64,000 nt of DNA from Mobula hypostoma (lineage: Eukaryota). Shown one piece after another: positions 25,530-38,519 of this stretch. Made by a program: the position numbers and the translations under genes. Positions within the stretch are counted from its first letter, which is position 1, and each line of letters begins with the position of its first letter. The notes under the pieces were generated by a model. It was given only the letters and a program-made list of their open reading frames with translations. It was not told where the DNA came from and ran no database searches. The stretch spans positions 240,064,001 through 240,128,000 of the forward strand of contig NC_086098.1 in assembly GCF_963921235.1 (NCBI RefSeq). The letters are read 5' to 3'.

Positions 25530-27593
25530 GTCCGGGACACCTCAAGTGGCAACTCGTGTGGCAACAGAACTCTCAATGGATACGGTTAAGTATTCTCGTT
25601 TCAGCCTGATACAGCTAGAAAACACAACTGCTTCTAAGGTCAGTACAGTTAACAAAGATATCTTAATGCGATGAAATAAACTGTCGCTGCTTAAAACTGA
25701 TGGAAACAATGCCGATTGTGGATGTATTCCTTGCTGGATTCCACGCAGGAAAAGTGGCTGCAGGTCAGGGGTACAAGTGCGTTTAAGGAAACAGGCTTTT
25801 AAGCTCTCATTACCACTATCTTGCTGGTAAATGTGCAGTCTCTGGTGAATAAAATTGAAGATCTCAGAGCTAGAGTGCTGAATCAGAGGGACATTATGAC
25901 CATGTGTGTCCTTTGTCTCATGGAATCTTGGTTAACCCCTTCTGTACCGGATGCAGCGATTCAGATCGATGGGTTTACTATACACTGTCAGGATAGATCT
26001 ATAGTCTCTCAAAAGCAGAGGTGGAGGAGTATGCCTCATGATCAACTCCTCTTGGTGCACAAATATATCAATGCTGTCCCAATTCTGCTCTCCAAACCTG
26101 GAATATCTCACAGTTAAGTGCCATCAATTTTACCTACCATGGGAGATTTCCATGATCATTTTGGTAGCAAACTACATTTCACCTCAGGCCAATATCAATT
26201 ACGCTTTAGATGATCTGAGCAATGGGATCAACATGCATGAGATAGCACACCCTAATGTCTTCACCACTGTCTTGGGGGATTTTAACTAGGCCAGTCTGAA
26301 AAAAAAATCACTAAACAATTACCATCAACAGATCACTTGCAATACCAGAGGAAACAACACACTGGACCATTGCTACACCACCACCAAGAATGCCTACTAT
26401 ACTATTCCATGCCCTCACTTCAGGAAACTGATCACATGGCTGTACTTCTACTCCCTGAGTATAGGCAGAGACTGAAGACTACAGCACCAGTAGTGAGGAC
26501 CAAGAAGGTATGGACAAGGGAAGCACAGAAGCGCTTACAGGACTGCTTTGAATCGGTGGTCTGGACCATATTCAGGGATTCATCTTCAAATCTGGATGAG
26601 TATGCTGCAGTTGTTACTGATTTCATTAAAACTTCCGTGGATGAGTATGTGCTTACAAAGACTTGCTGTTCATTCCCAAACCAAAAGCTGTGGATGAACC
26701 AGGAGGTACGTCGTCTGCTGAAGACTAGATCGGTAGCATTCAAGTCTGGCAACCCAGGCCTGTACCAGAAAACCATGTATGATTTGTGGAGGGCTATTTC
26801 AAGGGCGAAGAGACAATTTCAGACGAGGTTGGAAACGACATCGGATGCATGGCAACTCTGGCAGGGTCTGCAAGGCATTACTTCCTGCAAAGCGAAACCC
26901 AATAGCATGAATGGCAGCAATGCTTCACTAACAGATGAACTCAACACCTTCTATGCCTGCTTTGAAAGAGAGAATATAACTACAGCTGTGAAGATCCCTG
27001 CTTCACCTGGTGACCCCATGATCTCTGTCTCAGAGGCCAATGTTATGCTGTCTTTAAAGAGAATGAACCCTTGCAAGGCGGAAAGTCCTGACAGAGTACC
27101 TGGTAAGGCTCTGAAAACTTGTAACAACCAACTGGCAGGAGTATTCAAGGACATTTTAACCTCTCACTGTTACAGGCGGAAGTTCCCACTTGCTTCAAGA
27201 AGGCAACAATTATACCAATGCCTAAGAATAATGTGAGCTGCCTTAATAACCATCGCCCTGTAGCACTCACATTTACAGTGATGAAATACTTTTGAGAGGT
27301 TGGTCATGACTAGACCTGTCTCAGTGAGGACCTGGACCCATTGTGTCTTGCCTATCGCCACAATAGGTCAATGGCAGACGCAACCTCAGTGGGTCTTCAC
27401 ATGGCCTTAGACCACCTGGACAATACAAACACCCATGTCAGGATGCTGTTCATTGACTATAGCTCAGCATTTAACGCCATCATTCCCACAATTTTGATTG
27501 AGAAGTTACAGAACCTGGGCCTCTGCACTTCAACTGCTGATGCTAAGTTAACAAATTTCATGACATATGCTGGTGGTAATTAGCTCAATTCTG
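25530..27593 (+). mobile_element. Rex1/Babar-like LINE with APE endonuclease and N-terminal RT, internally deleted, inserted in a CR1 tail
   Basis: LVNVQSLVNKIEDL...[43 protein letters not shown] jumps to the 3' tail at ~27527. Confidence 0.88.
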
Positions 27594-28036
27594 AAATGTT
27601 GCAATCAAACCAATATCGACCACTTCCCCAGCAGCTTGTTCAAAATTCTGAGTGAAGAAGTTCCCCCTCAGATTCCCCTTAAATAATTCACCTTTCAACC
27701 TTTCATGTACTGGAGCTACAGCCTCCAGTACAAATCTCACCCAACTTCAGTGAAAATTACACCCCACATATCTCTCTATACTTAGCCCTATCTATACTCC
27801 ACATAACTCTGTATACTTAGCCTTATCTGTACCCTTTCTTGACTTTCTTGTCTGACTCTCAGGTTATCAGTCCTGATATCTCATAAGGTCAAATTCTGCT
27901 TCACAATGTGGTCTGTTGGCCTCAACACAGGGAGAGCTTGTGCTGCTGCAATCCGCCATGGCCTAGATCTCTCCTTGGGGTAACGTATTTACCCCAAGCT
28001 AGGGTACTGGGAGGGGAGGGGCATGGTTTTAGTTAC

Positions 28037-28152
28037 CTGGACTGATAAAATCCTGCATCCGTTTCCAGGCGATGAGCTGTAGGGGTCCAGTGAACAGGTC
28101 CCAACGTGCGTACAGCTTCTGTCTTGCGAGCTTCTCCAGCTGGGGAATTGGC
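28037..28152 (-). CDS. TRIM exon 6: linker before PRY
   Basis: ctcctgcccttttgcag|G. PIPQLEKLARQKLYARWDLFTGPLQLIAWKRMQDFISP, with the GPLQxxxWKxM motif of TRIM35/62/69/xnf7-like proteins. Donor G|GTAACT. 116 nt. Confidence 0.92.
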
Positions 28153-29194
28153 CTGCAAAAGGGCAGGAGAAGAAGACAATTGAGAATTAAACCCCAGCAT
28201 TGCAGGCTGAGCCTGCCATGGATGGATCTGTTCCATCCCACTCTCTCTCTCTCTCTCTCTTCAAATGGACTCGATGACACACAGGGAGGTGACGGAGTGA
28301 GTGCTGCACTGTCGGAGGGTGATGTTACACTGAGGCGTCTATTGTCCTCATGAGGGACGGCGGAAGAACATCAGAGGTGGACAGGGAATGTAGTCCACTC
28401 ACGGTTCTCAGAACCAGCTGTGTCGTGCCGGGAAGCTTGACTGCTGTGAGATCCTGCTAAGCACAAAATGCCTCACAAACTAAAAGAGGGCACCCACGGT
28501 GGAGTGAACTCCTTGGGTCTCATTCCTTCGTTATTAAAGGGAGGAATCCCTGGGCAGCTCTCATAGCTCCAAGGACCCGGCTTCAATCCTAACCTCGGAT
28601 GGGAAGTTCGCATGGTCTCCCTATGACCGTGTGGGTTCTCACCAGGTGTTTGTTTCCTCCCATGTAGCAAAGGAAGTGCAGGGTCGGTGGGTTAATTGCC
28701 TCCCTAGTGTGTGGGTAGGCAACAGGACAGGGGGTAACTGATAAACATATGAGCTTGAAGGAGAATAACTGAGGGAATAGGCTGAGGATGATGTAGTCTG
28801 CAAGCTGGCAGAGACTCGATGGGTCAAGTGACCTCCTGCTCTGCAAGAATGTGACACAAAGCCCCAACTCCTTCCCAAGAGGCTCTGTGAGCAACTAAGG
28901 GAAATTGTGATGCAGGATCACTGATAGATCACATCTGGAATTCAGGAGAAACCTCCTCTCCCGAAGTTTCTTTGAAACAAAGGGAAGATTCCACAAGGAG
29001 AGAGAAGGGGAGACTGAAACCAGAAGCTGTCCAGACAAAATGTTTGCCAGTTAATTTGAGCAAGAATCAGGGAAGAAACTGCCTGCCTGAAGAGTTGGTT
29101 TCCAGCCCAATACCTTCACCCATCAGATACTGTTGCCTTGATTGGGAATGTCAGAATCCGTAGGTTAAAGAAGGAAACAGGAGTGTTGACTTAC

Positions 29195-29217
29195 TGAGAA
29201 ATAGTGTCCAGCATTTC
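29195..29217 (-). CDS. TRIM exon 5: 23-nt microexon
   Basis: tttccttgttttacag|GAAATGCTGGACACTATTTCTCA|GTAAGT, encoding EMLDTIS(Q). A 23-nt phase 0-to-2 exon is characteristic of class IV TRIM genes. Confidence 0.9.
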
Positions 29218-30239
29218 CTGTAAAACAAGGAAAAGAAAAATAATAGCATTAATATCTCTAAGCTCATAAAGTATCTCAAGCTAAAACAGCCAGAACCTCA
29301 TCCAGTGAAGGGCCTCCCTCAGGGGCATTCAACTTTATCTCATTACTTAACCCCCCAGGGCAGAGTCATATTTGGTCATCCAGTAAGGAGGGGGCCAGAG
29401 GGAGTAGGCTGTCCTAGTGAACCTGTTCCTGGTGTTGGCAAAGATAGCTATCCGTGGGTTCTTGAGGCGGGTAGCAGAGCCCGGGCTGAACAGCTATCAA
29501 TGAGCAATGTGCTGGCTGTATAGTATGTCGTGCAGAGGTAAACATGGAGAAAGAACTGGGAACCACAAGGAATAAACGGCATCCCAGAGAGGGAGGAACA
29601 CTTTAATTTAGTTTGTAATAGACACTGTTATTGCCTCTGTGTTTGTGTCGTGTTGCAGAACTGTAAATTGGCAATATATGTACTTTTGTAATAAAAAAGG
29701 GCAAGTCAACATGGGTTAGACACAGATTAAAGCTTTCTCTACACTGGTGGCAGCAACAGTGTGAGTTAGATGTAGTGTAAAGTGTACACTGTCCCAAAAA
29801 AAAATAAAGGAACAAGGTACAAGTTTTAGCAACACACAAAAAGTGCTGGTGAACGCAGCAGGCCAGGCAGCATCTATAGGAAGAGGCACAGTCGACGTTT
29901 TGGGCCGAGACCCTTCGTCAGGTACAAGTACAAGATTTCTTGCCTTCTATTTCAAACCACCTCCACTAATCCTGATGTAACTGCCCTTTCATGCAGTCAT
30001 AGTGAAAGGAGTGAGTGAGCCCCAGAAAGAGAGAGGGAGAAAAGTATGAAAGAAGTGTGTGATCAAGATGGAAAGAGGAAAAATAAATAGTGGAGGGGGA
30101 GGGGGAGAATGAGAATCTAAGAATATACTTGGGCCTGAACCGAAGTGAGAAGCAAGGTAACGTCAAACCTCCCACCCAGAGTCCCAGCTCTGCATAACCA
30201 CCACCACCAGGACCCTCCAACCAAAGCATAGAGCCTCAC

Positions 30240-30464
30240 CTCCAGTGAGACGGACTGGCTGAGCTTGCTCTGGATGTTGGTGATGGACTTCTCCAGCTCT
30301 ACGATGGTGGCCGTCAGGTCCATTTCCCCTGCTTCCGTCTCCTTCAGAGCCACCTGCTCCTCCTCCTCCAGCTGTACTAAAAATATCTCCCTTTCTTCAA
30401 TTAGAAACTCCATCATTTTAGCAAAATCTTTTTCAATTTTCTCCTTTAACTCTTTTCTTCTCTT
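30240..30464 (-). CDS. TRIM exon 4: coiled-coil
   Basis: cag|AAG AGA: KRRKELKEKIEKDFAKMMEFLIEEREIFLVQLEEEEQVALKE...KLSQSVSLE. Donor GAG|GTGAGG. 225 nt, phase 0/0, matching the ~231-nt coiled-coil exon of class IV TRIMs. Confidence 0.9.
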
Positions 30465-31169
30465 CTGTTTGGTGTCAGATCCCAGGGTGGCAAGAGAGAA
30501 GGGGTTTCAAAGAGACAGATAGTGCCAGGTAAGTGCAAAAGAAAAACATTTCCTCTTTGAGATAATTAATTCTATAGGATCTGGTTACTGGTGGTCAGTT
30601 CGGCATTTATTGGTCATCCCCAGCTGCCCCTTGGGTGGCTTGCTGGGCCATTTAGGAAACATGGTTAACAGTCAAGCACAACATTGTGGGATCAGAAGAC
30701 AAATGGTAGAACCTAGAGCATCAAACAACCTGCTAAATGGTAGATTTTCTTCCCTAAAGGACCTCAGTGACCCGCATGGGTTTCCATAATGGTCCTGCGG
30801 ACTTACAGCCACAGTTGTTGATCTGAGACATTAGCTGTGGATTTATTTGGCTAACTGATCTACAGGTGTCAGTCAAACTGTGTGGTGGGATTTGAACTCA
30901 CGGCTCTGGATTAATGGCCTAGTTGACATGAATCATACAGCACAGAAATAGGACCACTGGCCCATTGAGCCTTTGTCGACCATCAACTACATTGATCCCA
31001 TTTTATTCTCCCCATGTTCTCAACAATTACACCCCTCCCGTCAAAACTCCAAACTTCACCCACACCTTAGGGGTCAAATTCCGCACCACCCCTCCCACAG
31101 CACGGCTGTCCCTTCTTACTGCCCCTCTCATAGCACAGCTCTCCCTCCTCATCACTCCTCTCACAGCTT

Positions 31170-33520
31170 GACGTTTCCTCACCACCACCCTTCCCATTGT
31201 ACAGAACTCCCTCCTCACCATCCTTCCCATTGTACAGAACACCCTCCTTACCATCCTTCCCATTGTACAAAACTCCTTCCTCACCACCCTTCCCATAGTA
31301 CAGAACTCCCTCCTCACCATCCTTCCCATTGAACAGAACTCCCTCCTCACCATCCTTCCCATTGTACAGAACTCCCTCCTCACCACACCTCCCATAATAC
31401 AGAACTCCCTCCTCACCATCCTTCCCATTCTACAGAACTACCACCTCACCACCCTTCCCATTATACAGAACTCCCTCCTCACCACTCTTCCCATAGTAAA
31501 GAACTCCCTCCTCACCATCCTTCCCATTGAACAGAACTCCCTCCTCACCATCCTTCCCATTGTACAGAACTCCCTCCTCACCATCCTTCCCATTGTACAG
31601 AACTCCCTCCTCACCACCCTTCCCACAGTACAGAACTCCCTCCTCACCACCCTTCCCACAGTACAGAACTACCTCCTCACCACCCTTCCCATAGTACAGA
31701 ACTCCCTCCTCACCATCCTTCCCATTGTACAGAACTCCCTCCTCATCACCCTTCCCATTGTACAGAACTCCCTCCTCACCATCCTTCCCATTGTACAGAA
31801 CTCCCTCCTCACCACCCTTCCCATTGTACAGAACTCCCTCCTCACCACCCTTCCCACAGTACAGAACTACCTCCTCACCACACCTCCCATAATACAGAAC
31901 TCCCTCCTCACCATCCTTCCCATTCTACAGAACTACCACCTCACCACCCTTCCCATTATACAGAACTCCCTCCTCACCACCCTTCCCATAGTACAGAACT
32001 CCCTCCTCACCACCCTTCCCATTGTACAGAACTCCCTCCTCACCCTTCCCACAGTACAGAACTGCCTCCTCACCACCCCCACCACAGTACAGAACTCCCT
32101 CCTCACCACCTTTCCCACAGTACAGAACTACCTCCTCACCACCCTTCTAATTGTACAGAACTCCTCCTCACCATCCTTCCCATTGTACAAAACTCCTTCC
32201 TCACCACCCTTCCCATAGTACAGAACTCCCTCCTCACCATCCTTCCCATTGAACAGAACTCCCTCCTCACCATCCTTCCCATTGTACAGAACTCCCTCCT
32301 CACCATCCTTCCCATTGTACAGAACTCCCTCCTCACCACCCTTCCCATAGTACAGAACTCCCTCCTCACCACCCTTCCCACAGTACAGAACTACCTCCTC
32401 ACCACACCTCCCATAATACAGAACTCCCTCCTCACCATCCTTCCCATTCTACAGAACTACCACCTCACCACCCTTCCCATTATACAGAACTCCCTCCTCA
32501 CCACCCTTCCCATAGTACAGAACTCCCTCCTCACCACCCTTCCCATTGTACAGAACTCCCTCCTCACCCTTCCCACAGTACAGAACTGCCTCCTCACCAC
32601 CCCCACCACAGTACAGAACTCCCTCCTCACCACCTTTCCCACAGTACAGAACTACCTCCTCACCACCCTTCCAATTGTACAGAACTCCTCCTCACCATCC
32701 TTCCCACTGAACAGAACTCCCTCCTCACCATCCTTCCCATTGAACAGAACTCCCTCCTCACCATCCTTCCCATTGTACAGAACTCCCTCCTCACCATCCT
32801 TCCCATTGTACAGAACTACCTCCTCACCATCCTTCCCATTGTACAGAACTCCCTCCTCACCACCCTTCCCATAGTACAGAACTCCCTCCTCATCACCCTT
32901 CCCATTGTACAGAACTCCCTCCTCACCACCCTTCCCATAGTACAGAACTACCTCCTCACCATCCTTCCCATTGTACAGAACTCCCTCCTCACCCTTCCCA
33001 TTGTACAGAACTACCTCCTCACCATCCTTCCCATTGTACAGAACTCCCTCCTCACCCTTCCCATTGTACAGAACTCCCCCCTCACCACCCTTCCCATAGT
33101 ACAGAACTCCCTCCTCACCATCCTTCCCATTGTACAGAACTACCTCCTCACCGCCCTTCCCATTGTACAGAACTCCCTCCTCACCACCCTTCCCATAGTA
33201 CAGAACTACCTCCTCACCACACTTCCCATAGTACAGAACTCCCTCCTCATCACCCTTCCCATTGTACAGAACTACCACCTCACCACCCTTCCCATAGTAC
33301 AGAACTCCCTCCTCACCATCCTTCCCACAGTACAGAACTCCCTCCTCACCACACTTCCCACAGTACAGAACTCCCTCCTCACCACCCTTCCCATAGTACA
33401 GAACTCCCTCCTCACCATCCTTCCCATTGTACAGAACTCCCTCCTCACCACCCTTCCCATAGTACAGAACTACCTCCTCACCACCCCCACCACAGTACAG
33501 AACTCCCTCCTCATCGCCCC
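31170..33520. repeat. 33-bp minisatellite (~70 units) in TRIM intron 3
   Basis: Unit TACAGAACTCCCTCCTCACCATCCTTCCCATTG. 11-aa periodic ORFs (MGRVVRREFCT). Confidence 0.95.
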
Positions 33521-34558
33521 CCGCCCACCCCCCCCCGACAGTGCAGTGCTCCCTCAGCATTGTGTTTCTGTGCTGAGCTTCTGGAATCTAGCGCACAGCT
33601 CCCTGACTCAGGAGTGAAAGAACCAACCGATGGGCCACAGCTGACAATGCAGACAAGATATTTACTGGCAGGGTGACTCTTGGTGGAGTTTACGGAAAGA
33701 ATCAAGCTCTACAGGAATGAATCGGCTGTAGATGGTTTTGCTCTCCTTACACACTGAGAGTATGCTGCCGTCTCATGGCCACAGCTAGTAACAGATGACC
33801 TATTTTCAACAACCACACAGTTGCATATTGCACCTTTCCCTGCCTCAGAACCTCCTGGCGGCCTTCTGCTGTGCAAAAAGATGGTACTGAGGAGGTAGCA
33901 CCGCACAGCATGAAGAGCAATAAGGAGAGACCATTGTACTGCAGAAGAGATGGCGCCAAGCCTGTGGGATGGGCACAGCAAGACTCCACCAGCAGTCCAC
34001 ATCATCTATCTCTCTATTTAAGAATACAATGAACAGGAGCAGAAGGCTATATTGTTCCTGCTGCATCATTCAGTAAAACAACAATTGATCTCAGTTTCAT
34101 CATCAATTTCCTGCGCAATCCCCATTCCTCTCTGTGGTCCACGTCCATAGAACATGGACCAGTCCACGGAAGGTGAATGGAAATGAGACCAGGATCTGCC
34201 TGTCTTCACAAATTATTCAGCAACTCTGTCACCCAGCTTAACGCAAACACTCTGCAACACTCTAAAACAAGCCTATTTATCCCACCTAAATAAAGGGACC
34301 TATGGTATATGCAGTGCTTCAGGTGTGGTCTCACCAATACCCTGCAAAGTTGCATCTAACATTTGCACTCCATACCCTTTTCAAAGTAGGCTGTGGGATA
34401 AACCCCGTCCCCAGAGTCTGGCAGATATCCTTATAACTGGCAAGACTGAGATAGGGCACTATCAATCTGTTGCTGAGGGAAGAACAATGGCCAAGAACTC
34501 AGAGACGTATGGCACCAAAACAGTCCCTTTGGCCCACCATGTCCATACTGACCATCTA

Positions 34559-34995
34559 GTATCCGCCACACTAAACTCATTTACCAACGTATCCAGTATC
34601 TGCCACACCAATCTCATTTACCAACGTATCGAGTATCTGCCACACCAAACTCATTTACCAACGTATCGAGTATCTGCCACACCAAACTCATTTACCAACG
34701 TATCAAGTATCTGCCACACCAAACTCATTTACCATCGTATCCAGTATCTGCCACAACAAACTCATTTACCAACGTATTGAGTATCTGCCACACCAAACTC
34801 ATTTACCAACGTATCGAGTATCTGCCACACCAATCTCATTTACCAACGTATTGAGTATCTGCCACACCAAACTCATTTACCAACGTATCGAGTATCTGCC
34901 ACACCAATCTCATTTACCAACGTATCCAGTATCTGCCACACCAATCTCATTTACTAATGGATCGAGTATATGCCACACTATTCCTGTTTACCAAT
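34559..34995. repeat. 37-bp minisatellite (~11-12 units)
   Basis: Unit GTATCTGCCACACCAAACTCATTTACCAACGTATCGA at 34596, 34633, 34670, 34707, 34744 and onward. Confidence 0.93.
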
Positions 34996-35084
34996 GCAGA
35001 CAGCTTTTGTCAGGTTTTACAAAAACATGGAGGATTTGACTTCCAGCCACAGGAAACATCCAACTGGTAGCTACAAACTGGGAC

Positions 35085-35945
35085 CTATCCCTGTAATACC
35101 CTCCCTCCTCCAACACACAAACTCCTCCCTATCTCTATAACCTCCTCTGGTCCATACACCCCTCTGACCTGTGCACCCCTCTCTACCACTGTAACCCCCT
35201 CTGGTTCCCACACTTCTTCCTATATCCATAAACACCTCTGGCATGTACACTCCTTCCTATCTCTGTAACTCCCTCCTCCAGCCTATACACCCCTCCCTAA
35301 CTCTGTAACCCCCACTCTGGCCCCCACACCCTCTCCATCTCTGTAACCCAACCCCCCCCCCCCCGGCTTCCACACCCATCTCTATCTTAGTAAACTCCTT
35401 CAACCCATACACCCCTCCCTATTGCTGTAACCTCCTCTGGTCCGTACACCCCTCCCTATCTCAGTAACTTCCTCCGTCCCCCATCTCCGTAACTTCTTCA
35501 GCCACCAGACTCCTCTGTGTCTCCGGCCCTCATACTGTAAACCCCTGCAGCCTCACACCCATCCTTATCTTAGTAAACTCCTTCAACCCATACACACCTA
35601 CCCATCTCCGTAACCTCCTCTGGTCCTCACACCCCTCCCTATCTCTGCAACTTCTTCCAGCACTCACATAACCCATTACAGAAAACTCCTTCAGCCCTAT
35701 TGCTGTAACCTTCTCTGACCCGTATACCCCTCCCTATCGCTGTAACCACATACAGCCTGTACACCCCATCCATCTCTGTAACCCCTCCCACGCCCACATC
35801 CATCCCCAACTCCATCAGTGTAACCCTCTCCAAACTATATCCCTGCTTCTGTAATATCCAGCAGTAAGTCCTCCCTTTTTCTCTGATCACTATATTCCTC
35901 CAACATCGGTCTCTAAGCATCCTCCAACTCCCTACACCCTACCCT
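35085..35945. repeat. Degenerate ~36-37-bp C-rich tandem repeat; second patch ~24915-25250
   Basis: Recurrent ACACCCCTCCCTATCTCTGTAACCTCCTC units. Confidence 0.75.
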
Positions 35946-36116
35946 CAGCAAATGAGCTTTCCACTGCCTGGGACATAAAGCCATGAAATTCCCTCCCTAC
36001 ACTGTCCTGGTGACTTGCCGTCTGGGGACCAGAGGTTACTTAACGATAAGTCTGTCCTGTTTTATTTTAGATATACTTTGGCAATTACCACAGTAATTTA
36101 GGAACATTCTGCTTAC

Positions 36117-36162
36117 CAGAAACTCTTCTGTTAATTCATGAACTAGTAGAATATCACAAGTC
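36117..36162 (-). CDS. TRIM exon 3: end of B-box 2 and start of coiled-coil
   Basis: Acceptor ttctcgttttgtctag|G. (R)TCDILLVHELTEEFL. Donor CTG|GTAAGC. 46 nt, phase 2 to 0, which restores frame between exons 2 and 4. Confidence 0.8.
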
Positions 36163-38327
36163 CTAGACAAAACGAGAATATATCGAGAATTCACTCCACA
36201 ATAGATAAAATACAGTCCACCATCTGCTCATACGCTAAATTTTTCATTTGGAGATCATGGAGGAGGTTACTGTTTTTGTAACTCCAAAAACTAATCAAAT
36301 AAGACATGGGAACTCAGGAAAATATGCTTACTTTGTTTTATACTTTAGTGAGGTGTGCACATATGATATGGTGGTGTAACGATGCATGCCATTCATGTAC
36401 TTTTTATACAACCTGTAATTAATCTGGAGCCAGAACAGAGTTCTGGGCTGAGGTTTGAAACTGACAGATGTTGAAGTTTATAAAATTACGAGAACCACAG
36501 ATGGAATAGACAGAATCATTTTTTCCTAGGTTGAAATGTCAATTAATAGAGAGTATAGCTTTAAGGTGGGAAGGAGGAAGTTTAGAGGAGGTTTGGGCGG
36601 CAGATTTGTTTATATATACAGAGAGTGCTGGTTGTCCAGAACAAGCTTCCAGGGAAGGTGATATAATAGATGTTTAAGAGAAATTTGGAAAGACACATCA
36701 ATATGCAGGAAATGGAGGCATACGGACCAATTAGGACTAGAAGGGATTAGTTTGGCATCATGAGTCAAAGGGCCTGTTTCTGTGCTGTAATATTCTACGT
36801 TCTATGGACCACAGGGTAGTGGAAGGCAACGGGGAGAGTGCGAGAAAGCGATGACATGGCTGAGAATGATCAGCCATTGTCTTACTAAATGACAGAGCAG
36901 CTCGATGGGCTGAGTACCTCCCACTCCCGTTCATTTCCTGCTGCCTGGGAACTTAGTCCATAGTCGCATTTCTAATGGGTTATGGATGCATCACAAGAAC
37001 AAAAACATGGGAACGTCATATATAGAAAATTACGAAAGGTACGGTAACCAGCAGGAAACATTCTCCCATATCAGAGCCAAGACTACAGGAGACATGGATT
37101 TAGATGAGGGTCAAATTGGAAAGGTAGGGTACGGACTGAATTGAGCAGTGGGGCCAGGGCCCGAGAGCACAGTGAAGTGGCAGGGCCTGGGTCTGCGAGT
37201 GAGAAATGACCCGGGGTTCGGACGATTTAAGTGTCGGGCCAGATTGAAAAGGTCAGGATGCCGGGGCTGGAGGTGAGAAATGTGCTGGTTCAGCTCACTG
37301 CTTTGCAAGGTTTACCCATCTCTGCACTGAACTGAGGCAGTGGCCTGCAACTAACAGGCTACCAGATCAGCCACAGTGATGACTGGCTTCATGGCGGTGG
37401 ACTCACTTTGGTGAACTTCAGTTGTTTGCTTGCTTTTTGCTCTTTGTACAATGTGTGCTTGATGGTCTTTTTTAAAATGAGTTCCATTGGGTCTCTTTGT
37501 TTTGGTGGCTACCGGTAAAGAAACTAATCTCACGGTTGTACATAGTATACATTGATAATAAGTGTACTTGGAAGAGATTTAGAGGCAGGACCTTTTTCGC
37601 TCAGACACTGGGCGAGTACGTGGAACAGTGCCTGTGAGCAAGAAGGAAGCAGAGTTGAACAAGTTCCCAAATAAGCACATGAATCACTGAATCACTGAGG
37701 CTCTGGGCCAATGCTGGAAAATGAAACTAATGTGGATAGGGGTGCTGCAAGCTGAGTTGGCAATGTACCTTCCACTCTTCTGACAATGGTTGAACAAGCA
37801 ACCTCACGGTTCATTAGGTGGGACAGGGTCATCAGGTGAGTGACTCAAGGTAAAAGTGCAAGGGGAAACAAATGAGCATGTAAATCATGGAGGCGTAGAA
37901 GGCTCTGGGCCAATGGAACTGCTTTAACACTAAGTCTCAGTGGAGAGATGGGAGGCTTAGTAATGAATAAACATAAAAATGTGCCAATCGTATATTGGGT
38001 AGGAATTATAATGAGGTAACAATAGTGTAAACTAGGGGTCTAAAGGGATTCATTCATTGCTACAGATGGCAGTGGAGGCCAAGTCATTGGATATATTTAA
38101 AGCAGAGGTTGAAAGGTTCTCAATCAATAATGGCATCAAAGGTTACAGGGCGAAGGCAGGAGAATGGGGTTGTGAAGAAAAATAAATTAGTCATGATCAA
38201 ATGGCAGAGCAGACTCAAGGGGCCAATGGCCTAATTCTATTACTAGGTCTTGTTTCTTGAGTACCAAAATACAGTGATTCAGGAATAGCTTCTTTCCCTC
38301 TGCCATCTGATTCCTAAATGGACATTG

Positions 38328-38519
38328 GGGGTGCATGGGGTATCAGGGAGGGGTAGCACCTCTGGTGGGGGAACATGTCACGTCCTTTTCAAGGCGGTTA
38401 GTCCACCTTTGGTCCCCACCTGGCACTCAGCTCTCACCTGTGGCTCCCTGTAGCTGTTTGCATGCGATAGCAGCCACACTCCGGGCAACGGCTTCGACAA
38501 GCCGGGTAAACCAGGTGAG
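38328..38519 (+). ncRNA. HDV-like ribozyme fold with the catalytic-C position as G
   Basis: P1 GGGGTG 38328-33/CACTCC 38477-82. P2 CTCACCTG 38433-40/CAGGTGAG 38512-19. P3 GGC 38442-44/GCC 38473-75. L3 TCCCTG. P1.1 CC/GG 38483-84. GCAA. P4 CGGCTT/AAGCCG. J4/2 G-G-TAA. Confidence 0.6.

Noticed and set aside
25821-27583. APE/RT ORFs as a host gene
   Set aside because: Frameshifted LINE with an internal deletion.
31027-33560. Repetitive ORFs (MGRVVRREFCT / GKGGEEGVLYN)
   Set aside because: Translations of the 33-bp minisatellite.
33666-33708. Possible 43-nt minus-strand exon in intron 3
   Set aside because: It would shift the frame and does not look like coiled-coil.
37769-37802. Alternative exon 3 candidate (R)LLVQPLSEEWK
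   Set aside because: The phase fits, but the acceptor is GAG with no pyrimidine tract and it supplies no final Zn ligand. 36162-36117 is much stronger.
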